Shown here: positions 17,941-25,702 of the stretch, piece after piece
How positions within the stretch are numbered: the stretch's first letter is position 1
Layout of the letters: the number at the start of each line of letters is the position of its first letter
From: Pseudomonas sp.
Lineage (GTDB): Bacteria; Pseudomonadota; Gammaproteobacteria; Pseudomonadales; Pseudomonadaceae
Assembly: GCA_035306625.1 (NCBI GenBank)
Contig: DATGNS010000259.1
Coordinates: 1 to 32,000, forward strand
DNA: 32,000 nucleotides
Reading direction: 5' to 3'
Program-made: the position numbers and the translations under genes
Notes under the pieces: generated by a model
Database searches by the model: none
What the model saw: only the letters and a program-made list of their open reading frames with translations
What the model was told of the DNA's origin: nothing

Positions 17941-18213
17941 ATGCGTAAACCGGAACTCGCCGCCGCCATCGCGGAAAAGGCCGACCTCAGTCGCGAGCAG
18001 GCCAATCGTGTGCTCAATGCCGTCCTGCAGGAAATCACCGATGCGCTGAACCGCAAGGAAAGCGTCACTCTGGTCGGCTTCGGCACCTTCGTGCAACGTC
18101 ACCGGGGGGCGCGCACCGGCAAGAACCCGCAGACCGGTGAACCCGTGAAGATCAAGGCCAGCAACACCGTGGCCTTCAAGCCCGGCAAGTCGCTGCGCGA
18201 CGCCATCAACTGA
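17941..18213 (+). CDS. hupN: HU-family DNA-binding protein (90 aa), the third 'form N' paralogue by synteny
   Basis: ORF 17917..18213. I prefer ATG 17941 (MRKPELAAAIAEKADLSREQANRVLNAVLQEITDAL...VTLVGFGTFVQRHRGARTGKNPQTGEPVKIKASNTVAFKPGKSLRDAIN) because SD AAGAGG lies 8 nt upstream. The HU/IHF signature is clear. The symbol comes from recalled P. putida synteny next to rubB. Confidence 0.85.
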   Translation: MRKPELAAAIAEKADLSREQANRVLNAVLQEITDALNRKESVTLVGFGTFVQRHRGARTGKNPQTGEPVKIKASNTVAFKPGKSLRDAIN

Positions 18214-18220
18214 TCACCCG

Positions 18221-18252
18221 AAAGGCCCCCGGACCCCGACGGGGGCCTTTTT
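18221..18252 (+). terminator. Rho-independent terminator after hupN (AAAGGCCCCC...GGGGGCCTTT then TTTTT)
   Basis: 10-bp GC-rich stem, about a 10-nt loop, and a T-run, 8 nt after the stop codon. Confidence 0.8.
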
Positions 18253-18341
18253 ACACGTTTCTACACAAGTTCGGCTGTAAGCAGCGGATTTGGCCGCTAG
18301 AATCGCGCGCCTGACAACAATCACCCCGCCAAGAGGCAGCG

Positions 18342-18731
18342 ATGAAATTCCGTTTTCTCCTGTGGATGCTGGGCCGCCTGATGAGCAAGGCCAGCCGCAC
18401 CAATCCCGAATTCCAGCAGCAACTGGCCGACAAGGACCTGGTGTTCCAGCTGCACACCCTGGACGGCAAGGTGGCGCGCCACTTCATCGTGCGCAACCAG
18501 CGCATCACCAGCAGGCGCGGCCCCGCCGAGCAGCCGGCCTTCGCCCTGGGCTTCCGCGATGCCGCCTACGGCTATGCCACCTTCACCGCCAAGAACAAGC
18601 AGCTGGCCTTCATGAAGGGCATCCAGGACAAGGACATCCAGATCCAGGGCAACCCCATGCTGGTCATGTGGTTCCAGGGCCTGACCAAGTACCTCAAGCC
18701 CAAAAGGAAGAAGGCCGCCCAGGCGGCGTGA
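18342..18731 (+). CDS. Small conserved hypothetical protein, SCP2-like pattern with a basic C-terminal tail (129 aa)
   Basis: ATG 18342 is preceded by SD AAGAGG. The sequence ...AFMKGIQDKDIQIQGNPMLVMWFQGL resembles the C-terminal helix-strand of SCP2 sterol-carrier folds. The tail is KYLKPKRKKAAQAA. The assignment is tentative. Confidence 0.6.
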   Translation: MKFRFLLWMLGRLMSKASRTNPEFQQQLADKDLVFQLHTLDGKVARHFIVRNQRITSRRGPAEQPAFALGFRDAAYGYATFTAKNKQLAFMKGIQDKDIQIQGNPMLVMWFQGLTKYLKPKRKKAAQAA

Positions 18732-18764
18732 CGCCCACGGCGGCCGGCAGCCTGAGCGGCCGCG

Positions 18765-20204
18765 CTATTCCTGCTCCGGGTCGTGCGGCCCGGTCGCGCG
18801 CGACCCCTGGAACTGACTGGCCATGTCGCGCAGCGCCGCCTCGGCGCGCAGCACCTTCTGCAAGGCCTCCTCGGCCTGCTCGGCGGTGAGCCCCAGCCGC
18901 TGGTAGAGCGATTCGGGCACCGGCTGGCGCATGCCGTCACCGATGCCCACGCCGCGCAACAGGTTGACCGCCAGGTACACCAGATTGGGGTAGGCGCTGT
19001 GCGGCCCGGCGTAGTCCGGGTCGTTCTGGAAGCGCAGTGCGGTATAGATCTCCTCCTGCATCTCCCAGTTGCGCATCATCCAGCTGCCGATCTGCTCGCG
19101 GGTGATGCCCAGCAGGTACTGTTCGATGTGCCCGTGCCACAGGTGCGGGTTGGTTTCCAGGTGCTGGCAGATCAGGTCGAAGTGCGGCGGGAAGATGTGC
19201 GCCAGCAGCAGATAGCCGAAGTTGTGCAGCAGGCCGCCCAGGTAGGCCAGGCCGGTTTCCGGGCGCTGGGCCGGCGGAATCATCCGGGTCAGGCCCTCGA
19301 TCAGCGCGGCGGTGTAGATCGCCTGCTGCCAGTAGGGGGTGTTCTGCTGGTTCGGATCGCTGAGCTGGCTCAGGTGTCGGCCCAGAGCCAGGCCCAGGGC
19401 CAGGTTGATCACCAGGTCGAAACCCAGCACGCGGATGATCGCCTCTTCCACCGAGCGGATCTTGCCGGGCGCGGCATACAGCGGCGAACTGGCCCAGCGC
19501 ATCACCTGGGCGGCCAGCGCCGGATCGGTCTCCACCACCGCGGTCACGTCGTCGATGGTGGCGTTGGGGTTGGCGCGCAGCTTGATGATGCGCTGGGCGG
19601 TGCGGGTCAGCGGCGGAATTTCCACGGTCTCGTCGAGGCGCTGCTGGATGCGCCGCGCCGTGAAGGTCTTCACCGCATGGTCGATCTCGCTGCTGTCGTC
19701 ACCTGGCCGGTTGAGGTTGGGCTGGATATTGCCCAGGGGCTCGCCGAAACGCCCCGGGCGGGCCTTGGCCAGCAGCATCTGGAAGTGCTCGCGGCCGATC
19801 TCCAGCAGCAGCCCCGGCGTGCCGGACTCGATCAGCAGTACCGGCTGCTCCAGCAGGCGCTCGTCGTAATAGCAGGGCGAGCTGGTGATCGCCGGCAGCG
19901 CCGGCAGGCAGCCCAGGCCATGACGGTCCAGCATGCGGCGCAGGCGTTCGGCCCGCACCGGACCGAGGGTACGGCCACTGAAGCTGGCCAGACGCTTGAG
20001 ATCGAGCAGCTGATTGCGTGGATAGAGCACCAGGGCAGCGCCCAGGGCATCCTCGAGCAGCACCGCCTGGATGCGCTGCGCCGGCGGCAGCCCGGGCTCG
20101 TCGGCCCGGGTGCGTAACGGCACCACCAGCCGCCGCAGCAGTTGCTGGATAAGCAACGGAGCAGTCAGGGTCGATGTGGTGGAGGTCATGGTGCACGGAT
20201 TCAT
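18765..20204 (-). CDS. YbaK/aminoacyl-tRNA-deacylase-like N-terminal domain fused to an HDOD domain (~479 aa)
   Basis: ORF 18765..20237 starts at a TTG, so I prefer ATG 20204. The central and C-terminal HDOD pattern is TAQRIIKLRANPNATIDDVTAVVETDPALAAQVMRWASSPLYAAPGKIRSVEEAIIRVLGFDLVINLAL...GGLLHNFGYLLL. The N-terminal ~150 aa has a YbaK-like pattern (AVLLEDALGAALVLYPRNQLLDLKRL...). Confidence 0.85.
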   Translation of the reverse strand: MNPCTMTSTTSTLTAPLLIQQLLRRLVVPLRTRADEPGLPPAQRIQAVLLEDALGAALVLYPRNQLLDLKRLASFSGRTLGPVRAERLRRMLDRHGLGCLPALPAITSSPCYYDERLLEQPVLLIESGTPGLLLEIGREHFQMLLAKARPGRFGEPLGNIQPNLNRPGDDSSEIDHAVKTFTARRIQQRLDETVEIPPLTRTAQRIIKLRANPNATIDDVTAVVETDPALAAQVMRWASSPLYAAPGKIRSVEEAIIRVLGFDLVINLALGLALGRHLSQLSDPNQQNTPYWQQAIYTAALIEGLTRMIPPAQRPETGLAYLGGLLHNFGYLLLAHIFPPHFDLICQHLETNPHLWHGHIEQYLLGITREQIGSWMMRNWEMQEEIYTALRFQNDPDYAGPHSAYPNLVYLAVNLLRGVGIGDGMRQPVPESLYQRLGLTAEQAEEALQKVLRAEAALRDMASQFQGSRATGPHDPEQE

Positions 20205-20283
20205 TACTACATCCCGTTCCCGAGTGGGCGTTTGCAATGCTTATCGGCCGCGTTGCGGTTTTTCACAGTCCCGCCAGACCCGC

Positions 20284-22359
20284 TCATACCTGGCCATATT
20301 GCTGGCCGTGGCGCAGCCAGCGCTCCAGCAGCGGTGCCACGTGGCCCGGCCAGCGCTCCAGCAGCGTCAGGGCGGCCTCACGAACGGCCGGCAGCAGGTC
20401 GGCATCGCGCATCAGGTCGGCCACCTTGAATTGCAGCAGGCCGGTCTGCCGGGTGCCGAGCATCTCGCCCGGCCCGCGCAGCTCCAGATCCTTCTCGGCG
20501 ATCAGGAAGCCGTCGGTGGTCTCGCGCATGATCGCCAGCCGCTCGCGACCCAGCTGCGACAGCGGCGCATGATAAAGCAGCACGCAGTGACTGACCGCAC
20601 TGCCGCGACCGACGCGACCGCGCAGCTGATGCAGCTGGGCCAGGCCGAGGCGCTCCGGGTTCTCGATGATCATCAGGCTGGCATTGGGCACGTCCACCCC
20701 CACCTCGATCACCGTGGTGGCCACCAGCAGCTGCAGCGCGCCGGCCTTGAACGCCTCCATCACCGCCGCCTTCTCGGCCGGTTTCATGCGGCCATGGATC
20801 AGCCCGACCCGCAGCTCGCCGAGGGCGGCGGACAGCTCCTCGTAAGTGGTCTGCGCGGCCTGGCAGGTGAGTTCCTCGGACTCCTCGATCAGCGTACACA
20901 CCCAGTAGGCCTGGCGGCCTTCCAGACAGGCGGCGCGAACCCGCTCGATGACTTCCGGGCGGCGGCTGTCGGCGATGGCCAGGGTGTTCACCGGCGTGCG
21001 CCCGGGGGGCAGCTCGTCAAGGATCGAGGTGTCCAGGTCAGCGTAGGCGCTCATCGCCAGGGTGCGCGGGATGGGCGTGGCGGTCATGATCAGCTGGTGC
21101 GGGCAGAGCCGCCCGTCGACACCCTTTTGGCGCAGCGCCAGGCGCTGCTGCACGCCGAAGCGGTGCTGCTCGTCGATGATCACCAGCGCCAGGCGGGCGA
21201 AGCGCACCTCGTCCTGGAACAGCGCATGGGTGCCGACCACCATCGGACAGCCGCCGGCGATGCGTTCCAGCGCAGCGGTGCGCGCCTTGCCCTTGAGCTT
21301 GCCGGCCAGCCAGGCCACCTCGATGCCCAGCGGCGCGAACCAGCGGCTGAAATTGAGGAAGTGCTGCTCGGCGAGGATTTCCGTGGGTGCCATCAGCGCC
21401 ACCTGGTAGCCGGCCTCCAGCGCCTGCAGGGCCGCCAGCGCGGCCACCACCGTCTTGCCCGCGCCCACATCGCCCTGCACCAGGCGCAGCATGGGCTCGG
21501 GGCGGGCCAGGTCATAGGCGATCTCGGCGCCGACGCGGCGCTGGGCGCCGGTGGGCGCGAAGCCCAGGCCGGCGAGGAATTGCCCCGGCAGGCGCGTGGC
21601 CGGCGGCAGCGCCGGCGCCTGCTGGGCGCGGATGGTTTCCCGCAGGCGCTGCAGGGACAGCTGGTGGGTGAGCAGTTCCTCGAAGGCCAGGCGCCGCTGC
21701 GCCCAGTGACGCCCCTCGGCCAGCTCCTGCAGGTCGGCATCCGGCGGCGGGCGATGCAGGAAGCGGATCGCCTCGGCCAGGGGGCCGAGCCGGTAGTGCT
21801 CGGCCAGCTCCAGGGGCAGCCAGTCGGGCAGGCTGTGCGGACCGAGGCGCGCCAGCGCCTGCTGGCTGAGGGTGCGCAGGCGCTGCTGGGTGAGCCCTTC
21901 GGTGGTGGGATAGATGGGAGTGAGGGTCTGCTCCACCGGCGCCGGCTCGGCACCGCTCATGGCACGGTATTCGGGGTGGTAGATCTCCAGGCCGGTGGCG
22001 CCGGGACGCACCTCGCCGTAGCAGCGCAGCGCGGTGCCGCGCTTGAGGCCGTCCTTCTGCGCCTGGCTGAAATGGAAGAAGCGCAGGCTCAGGGTGCCGC
22101 TGCCGTCCTGCAGACGCACCAGCAGGCTGCGGCGACGTCCCATGACCACGTCGGCGCCGGCCACCACGCCTTCCACGACGGCATCCTGTCCCGGACGCAG
22201 CGCGCCGATGGGCGTGACCCGGGTGCGGTCCTGATAGCGCAGCGGCAGGTGGAAGAGCACATCCTGCAGGGTTTCCAGGCCGACCCGGGCAAGCTTCTCC
22301 GCCAGGGCCGCGCCCACCCCCTTGAGCGCGGTGACCGGTACCTGCGCCAGTTCGCTCAT
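20284..22359 (-). CDS. recG: ATP-dependent DNA helicase RecG (691 aa)
   Basis: Wedge/OB N-terminus, helicase motif I GDVGAGKT, motif II IIDEQHRFG, and QLHQLRGRVGRG. Its start overlaps the oxyR stop (ATGA). Confidence 0.97.
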   Translation of the reverse strand: MSELAQVPVTALKGVGAALAEKLARVGLETLQDVLFHLPLRYQDRTRVTPIGALRPGQDAVVEGVVAGADVVMGRRRSLLVRLQDGSGTLSLRFFHFSQAQKDGLKRGTALRCYGEVRPGATGLEIYHPEYRAMSGAEPAPVEQTLTPIYPTTEGLTQQRLRTLSQQALARLGPHSLPDWLPLELAEHYRLGPLAEAIRFLHRPPPDADLQELAEGRHWAQRRLAFEELLTHQLSLQRLRETIRAQQAPALPPATRLPGQFLAGLGFAPTGAQRRVGAEIAYDLARPEPMLRLVQGDVGAGKTVVAALAALQALEAGYQVALMAPTEILAEQHFLNFSRWFAPLGIEVAWLAGKLKGKARTAALERIAGGCPMVVGTHALFQDEVRFARLALVIIDEQHRFGVQQRLALRQKGVDGRLCPHQLIMTATPIPRTLAMSAYADLDTSILDELPPGRTPVNTLAIADSRRPEVIERVRAACLEGRQAYWVCTLIEESEELTCQAAQTTYEELSAALGELRVGLIHGRMKPAEKAAVMEAFKAGALQLLVATTVIEVGVDVPNASLMIIENPERLGLAQLHQLRGRVGRGSAVSHCVLLYHAPLSQLGRERLAIMRETTDGFLIAEKDLELRGPGEMLGTRQTGLLQFKVADLMRDADLLPAVREAALTLLERWPGHVAPLLERWLRHGQQYGQV

Positions 22360-23288
22360 GCCGGCTCGGCGGTTCCCTGCGCTTGCGGCCGCGCCACCGA
22401 GCAGAGGCGGATGGAGTCGGCCAGCACCTCGATGGCCTTGGGCCGCGGGAAGCTGGCGCGCCAGGCGATGGCCACGGTGCGATAGGGCACCGGTGGCGTC
22501 ATCGGGCGGATCTCCAGCACGCCCGGCGCGTAGTGGTGGCTCTCCACTGCGGAGAACGGCAGCACCGAGACGCCCAGACCCGAGGCGACCATGTGGCGGA
22601 TGGTTTCCAGCGAGCTGGATTCCACGGTGGTGTGGCTGGCCGAATCACCCTTGCGGGTCGCCGGACAGGCTTCCAGCACCTGGTCGCGGAAGCAGTGCCC
22701 CTCGCCCAGCAACAGCAGGCTCTTGTCATTGAGGTCGCTGGCGTCGATGGTGGCGCGTGCGGTCCAGGGGTGGTCGGCCGGCATCAGCACGTAGAAGGGT
22801 TCGTCGTACAACGGCTTGGTCAGCACATCGGCTTCCTGGAACGGCAGCGCGATGATGATGGCGTCCAGCTCCCCGGTGCGCAGCTTGTCGCGCAGCACGT
22901 GGGTGAAGTTTTCCTCGATGTACAGCGGCATTTCCGGGGCGACCCGGTGCAGCTGGGGAATCAGGTGGGGGAAGAGGTAAGGGCCGACGGTGTAGATGGC
23001 GCCCACCTTGAGCGGCGCGGCCAGCTGGTTCTTGCCCGCCTGGGCCAGCTCGCGGATGCCCTGGGCCTGTTCCAGCACCTTCTGGGCCTGGGCGACGATG
23101 GACTCGCCCACCGGGGTCAGGCGCACGGCGCTCTTGCTGCGCTCGAAGATCAGCACACCGAGCTCATCCTCGAGCTTCTTGACCCCGACCGACAGGGTCG
23201 GCTGACTGACATGGCAGCGTTCGGCGGCGCGGCCGAAATGCTGCTCCTGGGCAAGGGTGACGATGTAGCGCAGTTCAGTGAGCGTCAT
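22356..23288 (-). CDS. oxyR: LysR-family hydrogen peroxide sensor/regulator OxyR (310 aa)
   Basis: ORF 22356..23315, with the start at ATG 23288 (MTLTELRYIVTLAQEQHFGRAAERCHVSQPTLSVGVKKLE). The redox cysteines are in GEGHCFRDQVLEACP. The oxyR-recG arrangement is as in Pseudomonas. Confidence 0.93.
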   Translation of the reverse strand: MTLTELRYIVTLAQEQHFGRAAERCHVSQPTLSVGVKKLEDELGVLIFERSKSAVRLTPVGESIVAQAQKVLEQAQGIRELAQAGKNQLAAPLKVGAIYTVGPYLFPHLIPQLHRVAPEMPLYIEENFTHVLRDKLRTGELDAIIIALPFQEADVLTKPLYDEPFYVLMPADHPWTARATIDASDLNDKSLLLLGEGHCFRDQVLEACPATRKGDSASHTTVESSSLETIRHMVASGLGVSVLPFSAVESHHYAPGVLEIRPMTPPVPYRTVAIAWRASFPRPKAIEVLADSIRLCSVARPQAQGTAEPA

Positions 23289-23409
23289 AGCAGGATTCCA
23301 TTGGACTGGCCGCAAGCATAGCGAGTGTCTTGCATGGAACCAAGAGAGCCACGGACGGCTGGTTGACGTCGCTCAAGGGAAAGTGTCGGCGGGCTGACGC
23401 AATGCTCCG

Positions 23410-24168
23410 TCAGCCACGCTCCAGGGAGTACACGAAGGGGGCAATCACTTCCAGGCTGCCGTTCTTGAGGAGTTCCGGCGGCGGCGGTGGCAACGGCTGG
23501 GCGCGCCGGATCATCTGCAGGGTGGCGCGATCCAGCGAGCGGCTGCCGGAACCGGCCACCACCTGATGGTCGAGCACCTGGCCGCGGCCGTCGATCACCA
23601 TGCGCACCTTCACCGTGCCTTCCTGGCCACGCTGGCGCGCGTCGTGGGGGTAGCGCTTGTGGCGGTTGAGGTGGCCGAGCAACAGACTCTCCCAGGTCAC
23701 CTGCCCCTGCGCGACCTGATTGCTGGCCGAGAGCGCGGAGGCGGATTCCGGCGCGCGCGCCTGCTGGCTGGGCTGAGCCGGCGGCAGATCCTCGGCCGGC
23801 TTCTGCTCGGGCTGGGGCTCGGGTTCGGGTTCCGGTTTGGGCTCGGGCTTCTTCGGCTTCGGCTTCGGCTTGGGTTTGGGCTTCGGCGGCGGCGGAGGCG
23901 GCAGCTCGATCTCCGGCTCGGGCGCCTCGACCTGCTTGGGCTGCTCGATCTCCGGTTCGGGTTCGGGTTCCGGCTCGGGCTGCGGCGGGGCTGGCGTCGG
24001 CGCTTCGGGCAACGGCGCCAGCTCCAGCATCATGGCCGGCGCGGGCATGGCGGCCATGGGCATGGCCTCGGGCTGCCAGAACAGCGACCAGAAGGCCAGG
24101 CCGAAGTGCACCGCCAGCACGATCAGCAGGCTGATGCCCCAGTGGCCGAATCTGCGCACGATGGTCAT
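23410..24168 (-). CDS. tonB: TonB energy transducer (252 aa)
   Basis: It has an N-terminal TM anchor (WGISLLIVLAVHFGLAF), a Pro-rich (EP)n/(KP)n spacer, and a C-terminal TonB domain (YPHDARQRGQEGTVKVRMVIDGRGQVLDHQVV...). Its start overlaps the exbD stop (ATGA). Confidence 0.9.
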   Translation of the reverse strand: MTIVRRFGHWGISLLIVLAVHFGLAFWSLFWQPEAMPMAAMPAPAMMLELAPLPEAPTPAPPQPEPEPEPEPEIEQPKQVEAPEPEIELPPPPPPKPKPKPKPKPKKPEPKPEPEPEPQPEQKPAEDLPPAQPSQQARAPESASALSASNQVAQGQVTWESLLLGHLNRHKRYPHDARQRGQEGTVKVRMVIDGRGQVLDHQVVAGSGSRSLDRATLQMIRRAQPLPPPPPELLKNGSLEVIAPFVYSLERG

Positions 24169-24587
24169 TTGCCGCCAACCGTCTCCAGGCCGACCAGGCC
24201 GACCTTCAGATAGCCCGCGCCGCGCAGGCCATCGAGGATTTCCATGAGGTTGCCGTATTCCACGGCGGTGTCGCCGCGCACGAAGATGGTGGTGTTCCTG
24301 TCACCGCTGGTGGCCAGGTCCAGGGCGCTGCCCAGGGCATCGAGGCTGATGGGCTCGTTGCCCAGGTACAGGCTGCCGTCCTGCTTGATGCTCAGGTAGA
24401 TGGGCTTGTCCGGTCGCTTGGACGGCTTGGCTGTCGAGGCGGGCAGGTCGAGCTTGACGTCCACGGTGGCCAGCGGCGCGGCCACCATGAAGATGATCAG
24501 CAGCACCAGCATCACGTCGATGAACGGGGTGACGTTGATCTCGCTGTTTTCCGCCAGATCATCGCCGTCCTTCAGCTGCATGCCCAT
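24165..24587 (-). CDS. exbD: Biopolymer transport protein ExbD (140 aa)
   Basis: This is the C-terminal part of ORF 24165..24869, starting at ATG 24587 (MGMQLKDGDDLAENSEINVTPFIDVMLVLLIIFMVAAPL...), an ExbD/TolR signature. Confidence 0.93.
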   Translation of the reverse strand: MGMQLKDGDDLAENSEINVTPFIDVMLVLLIIFMVAAPLATVDVKLDLPASTAKPSKRPDKPIYLSIKQDGSLYLGNEPISLDALGSALDLATSGDRNTTIFVRGDTAVEYGNLMEILDGLRGAGYLKVGLVGLETVGGK

Positions 24588-24589
24588 GT

Positions 24590-25558
24590 TCAGCCCACCT
24601 TCACCACATGGGGCACGGGCCGCTCGCCGGCGGCCTGGTGATCCAGATCGCGGCTGACCAGCAGCAGCACCTCGGCGGCGGCATCGCCCACCTGGGCCCG
24701 GTAGCCGGTGATGGCGCGGGCGAAGATGTTGTACAGCACCACCGCAGGGATGGCCGCCACCAGGCCGATGGCGGTGGCCAGCAGCGCCTCGGCGATGCCC
24801 GGCGCCACCACTGCCAGGTTGGTGGTCTGGCTCTTGGCGATGCCGATGAAGCTGTTCATGATCCCCCACACGGTGCCGAACAGGCCCACGAAGGGCGACA
24901 CCGAGCCCACCGAAGCCAGCACGCCGGTGCCCTGGGACATCTGTCGTCCACTGGCGCCTACCATGCGTTCGAAGCGGAAGCTGACGCGCTCCTTGATGCC
25001 TTCCTTGTCGGCCTTGCCGGACAGCTCCAGCTCATGGCGCGCCTCTTCGATCAGGCGGCTGGTCAGGCTGCCCGCGGCACGCGGCTGGTCGGCGGCCTGC
25101 TTGAGACTGCGGGCGTTCTTCAGCCCGGCGTACTCGGCGCGCAGGCGGCGCTTGGCCCGCACCAGCTCCAGGCCCTTGGCCAGGGCCACGGTCCAGGTGA
25201 GCACCGAGGCCAGCACCAGGCCGATCATCACCGCCTTGACCACCCAGTCGGCGCCCTGATACATGCCCCAGGGAGACAGGTCGTGGCTCAGACCATGCTC
25301 GATCTCCACCGGCTGCGGTGCTGCGGGGGCGGCGCCAGCGTCGTTCGGAGCAGCCTCGGCGGGCGCGCTTTCGCCTTGCGGGACCGCGGCCGCGTCCGAA
25401 CCGGCGGAGCTGGCAGCGGCTTCGGCATGGACGTGGGCTTCGGCGGCCGTTGCCGGCGCGCTGAAAGGTGCCGTCTGGGCCTGCGCGGCCGGCGCCAGCA
25501 GGCAGCCGATGAGCAGGGCTGCAAGGAGAGGCTGAGCGCGGTGGGCGGTTCTGTTCAT
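24590..25558 (-). CDS. exbB: ExbB (MotA/TolQ/ExbB proton channel) with a signal peptide and Ala/Pro-rich N-terminal extension (322 aa)
   Basis: ORF 24590..25636, with the start at ATG 25558 ([28 protein letters not shown]...). The channel core is [24 protein letters not shown]...[16 protein letters not shown]. Confidence 0.9.
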   Translation of the reverse strand: MNRTAHRAQPLLAALLIGCLLAPAAQAQTAPFSAPATAAEAHVHAEAAASSAGSDAAAVPQGESAPAEAAPNDAGAAPAAPQPVEIEHGLSHDLSPWGMYQGADWVVKAVMIGLVLASVLTWTVALAKGLELVRAKRRLRAEYAGLKNARSLKQAADQPRAAGSLTSRLIEEARHELELSGKADKEGIKERVSFRFERMVGASGRQMSQGTGVLASVGSVSPFVGLFGTVWGIMNSFIGIAKSQTTNLAVVAPGIAEALLATAIGLVAAIPAVVLYNIFARAITGYRAQVGDAAAEVLLLVSRDLDHQAAGERPVPHVVKVG

Positions 25559-25620
25559 GAGGCGTGACCTGAACTGGAAAGGCGGAACCCTGCCCGTGGG
25601 CAGCGAGGAAAAAACGGGCG

Positions 25621-25651
25621 AGATTATTGCAAACAATTCTCGTTAATTCAA
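25621..25651. promoter_or_regulatory. AT-rich element GAGATTATTGCAAACAATTCTCGTTAATTCA in the exbB/SDR divergent region: candidate Fur box
   Basis: It is the only AT-rich stretch in this GC-rich spacer, about 65-95 nt upstream of exbB. By eye it matches GATAATGATAATCATTATC at only about 10 of 19 positions. Iron/Fur control of exbB-exbD-tonB operons is well established. Confidence 0.35.
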
Positions 25652-25702
25652 AGCGGATTGTCGCGCGAACGACCGCCGCAGCACCTTGATGGGACTCATC
25701 CA

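Noticed and set aside
17784-17948. 54-aa ORF (MPSSNRLPRAEPVAG...NKNNNETVEEASYA) in the rubB-hupN spacer, ending 7 nt into hupN: a possible leader peptide or uORF
   Set aside because: It has no SD, and its third-position GC is clearly lower than in the real genes here. The composition looks non-coding and I recognise no conservation. It is kept only as a remote possibility for translational coupling to hupN.
18740-18763. 7-bp stem (GCGGCCG/CGGCCGC) between the convergent 129-aa gene and the HDOD gene, a possible bidirectional terminator
   Set aside because: The stem is short, the loop is 10 nt, and there is no T/A tract on either side.
23318-23332. ATAG-N7-CTTG upstream of oxyR, a possible OxyR autoregulatory site
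   Set aside because: Only one imperfect half of the ATAG-N7-CTAT-N7-ATAG-N7-CTAT tetrad is present, and I could not find the partner half-sites at the right phasing.
23392-23415. 8-bp hairpin GGCTGACG...CGTCAGCC overlapping the tonB stop codon, a possible terminator
   Set aside because: No U-tract follows on the minus strand and the stem includes coding sequence. The evidence is insufficient.
23800-24010. A short-period tandem repeat that superficially resembles a microsatellite or array
   Set aside because: It is fully explained as the (EP)n/(KP)n coding repeat of TonB. It has no spacer-repeat structure and is not a CRISPR.
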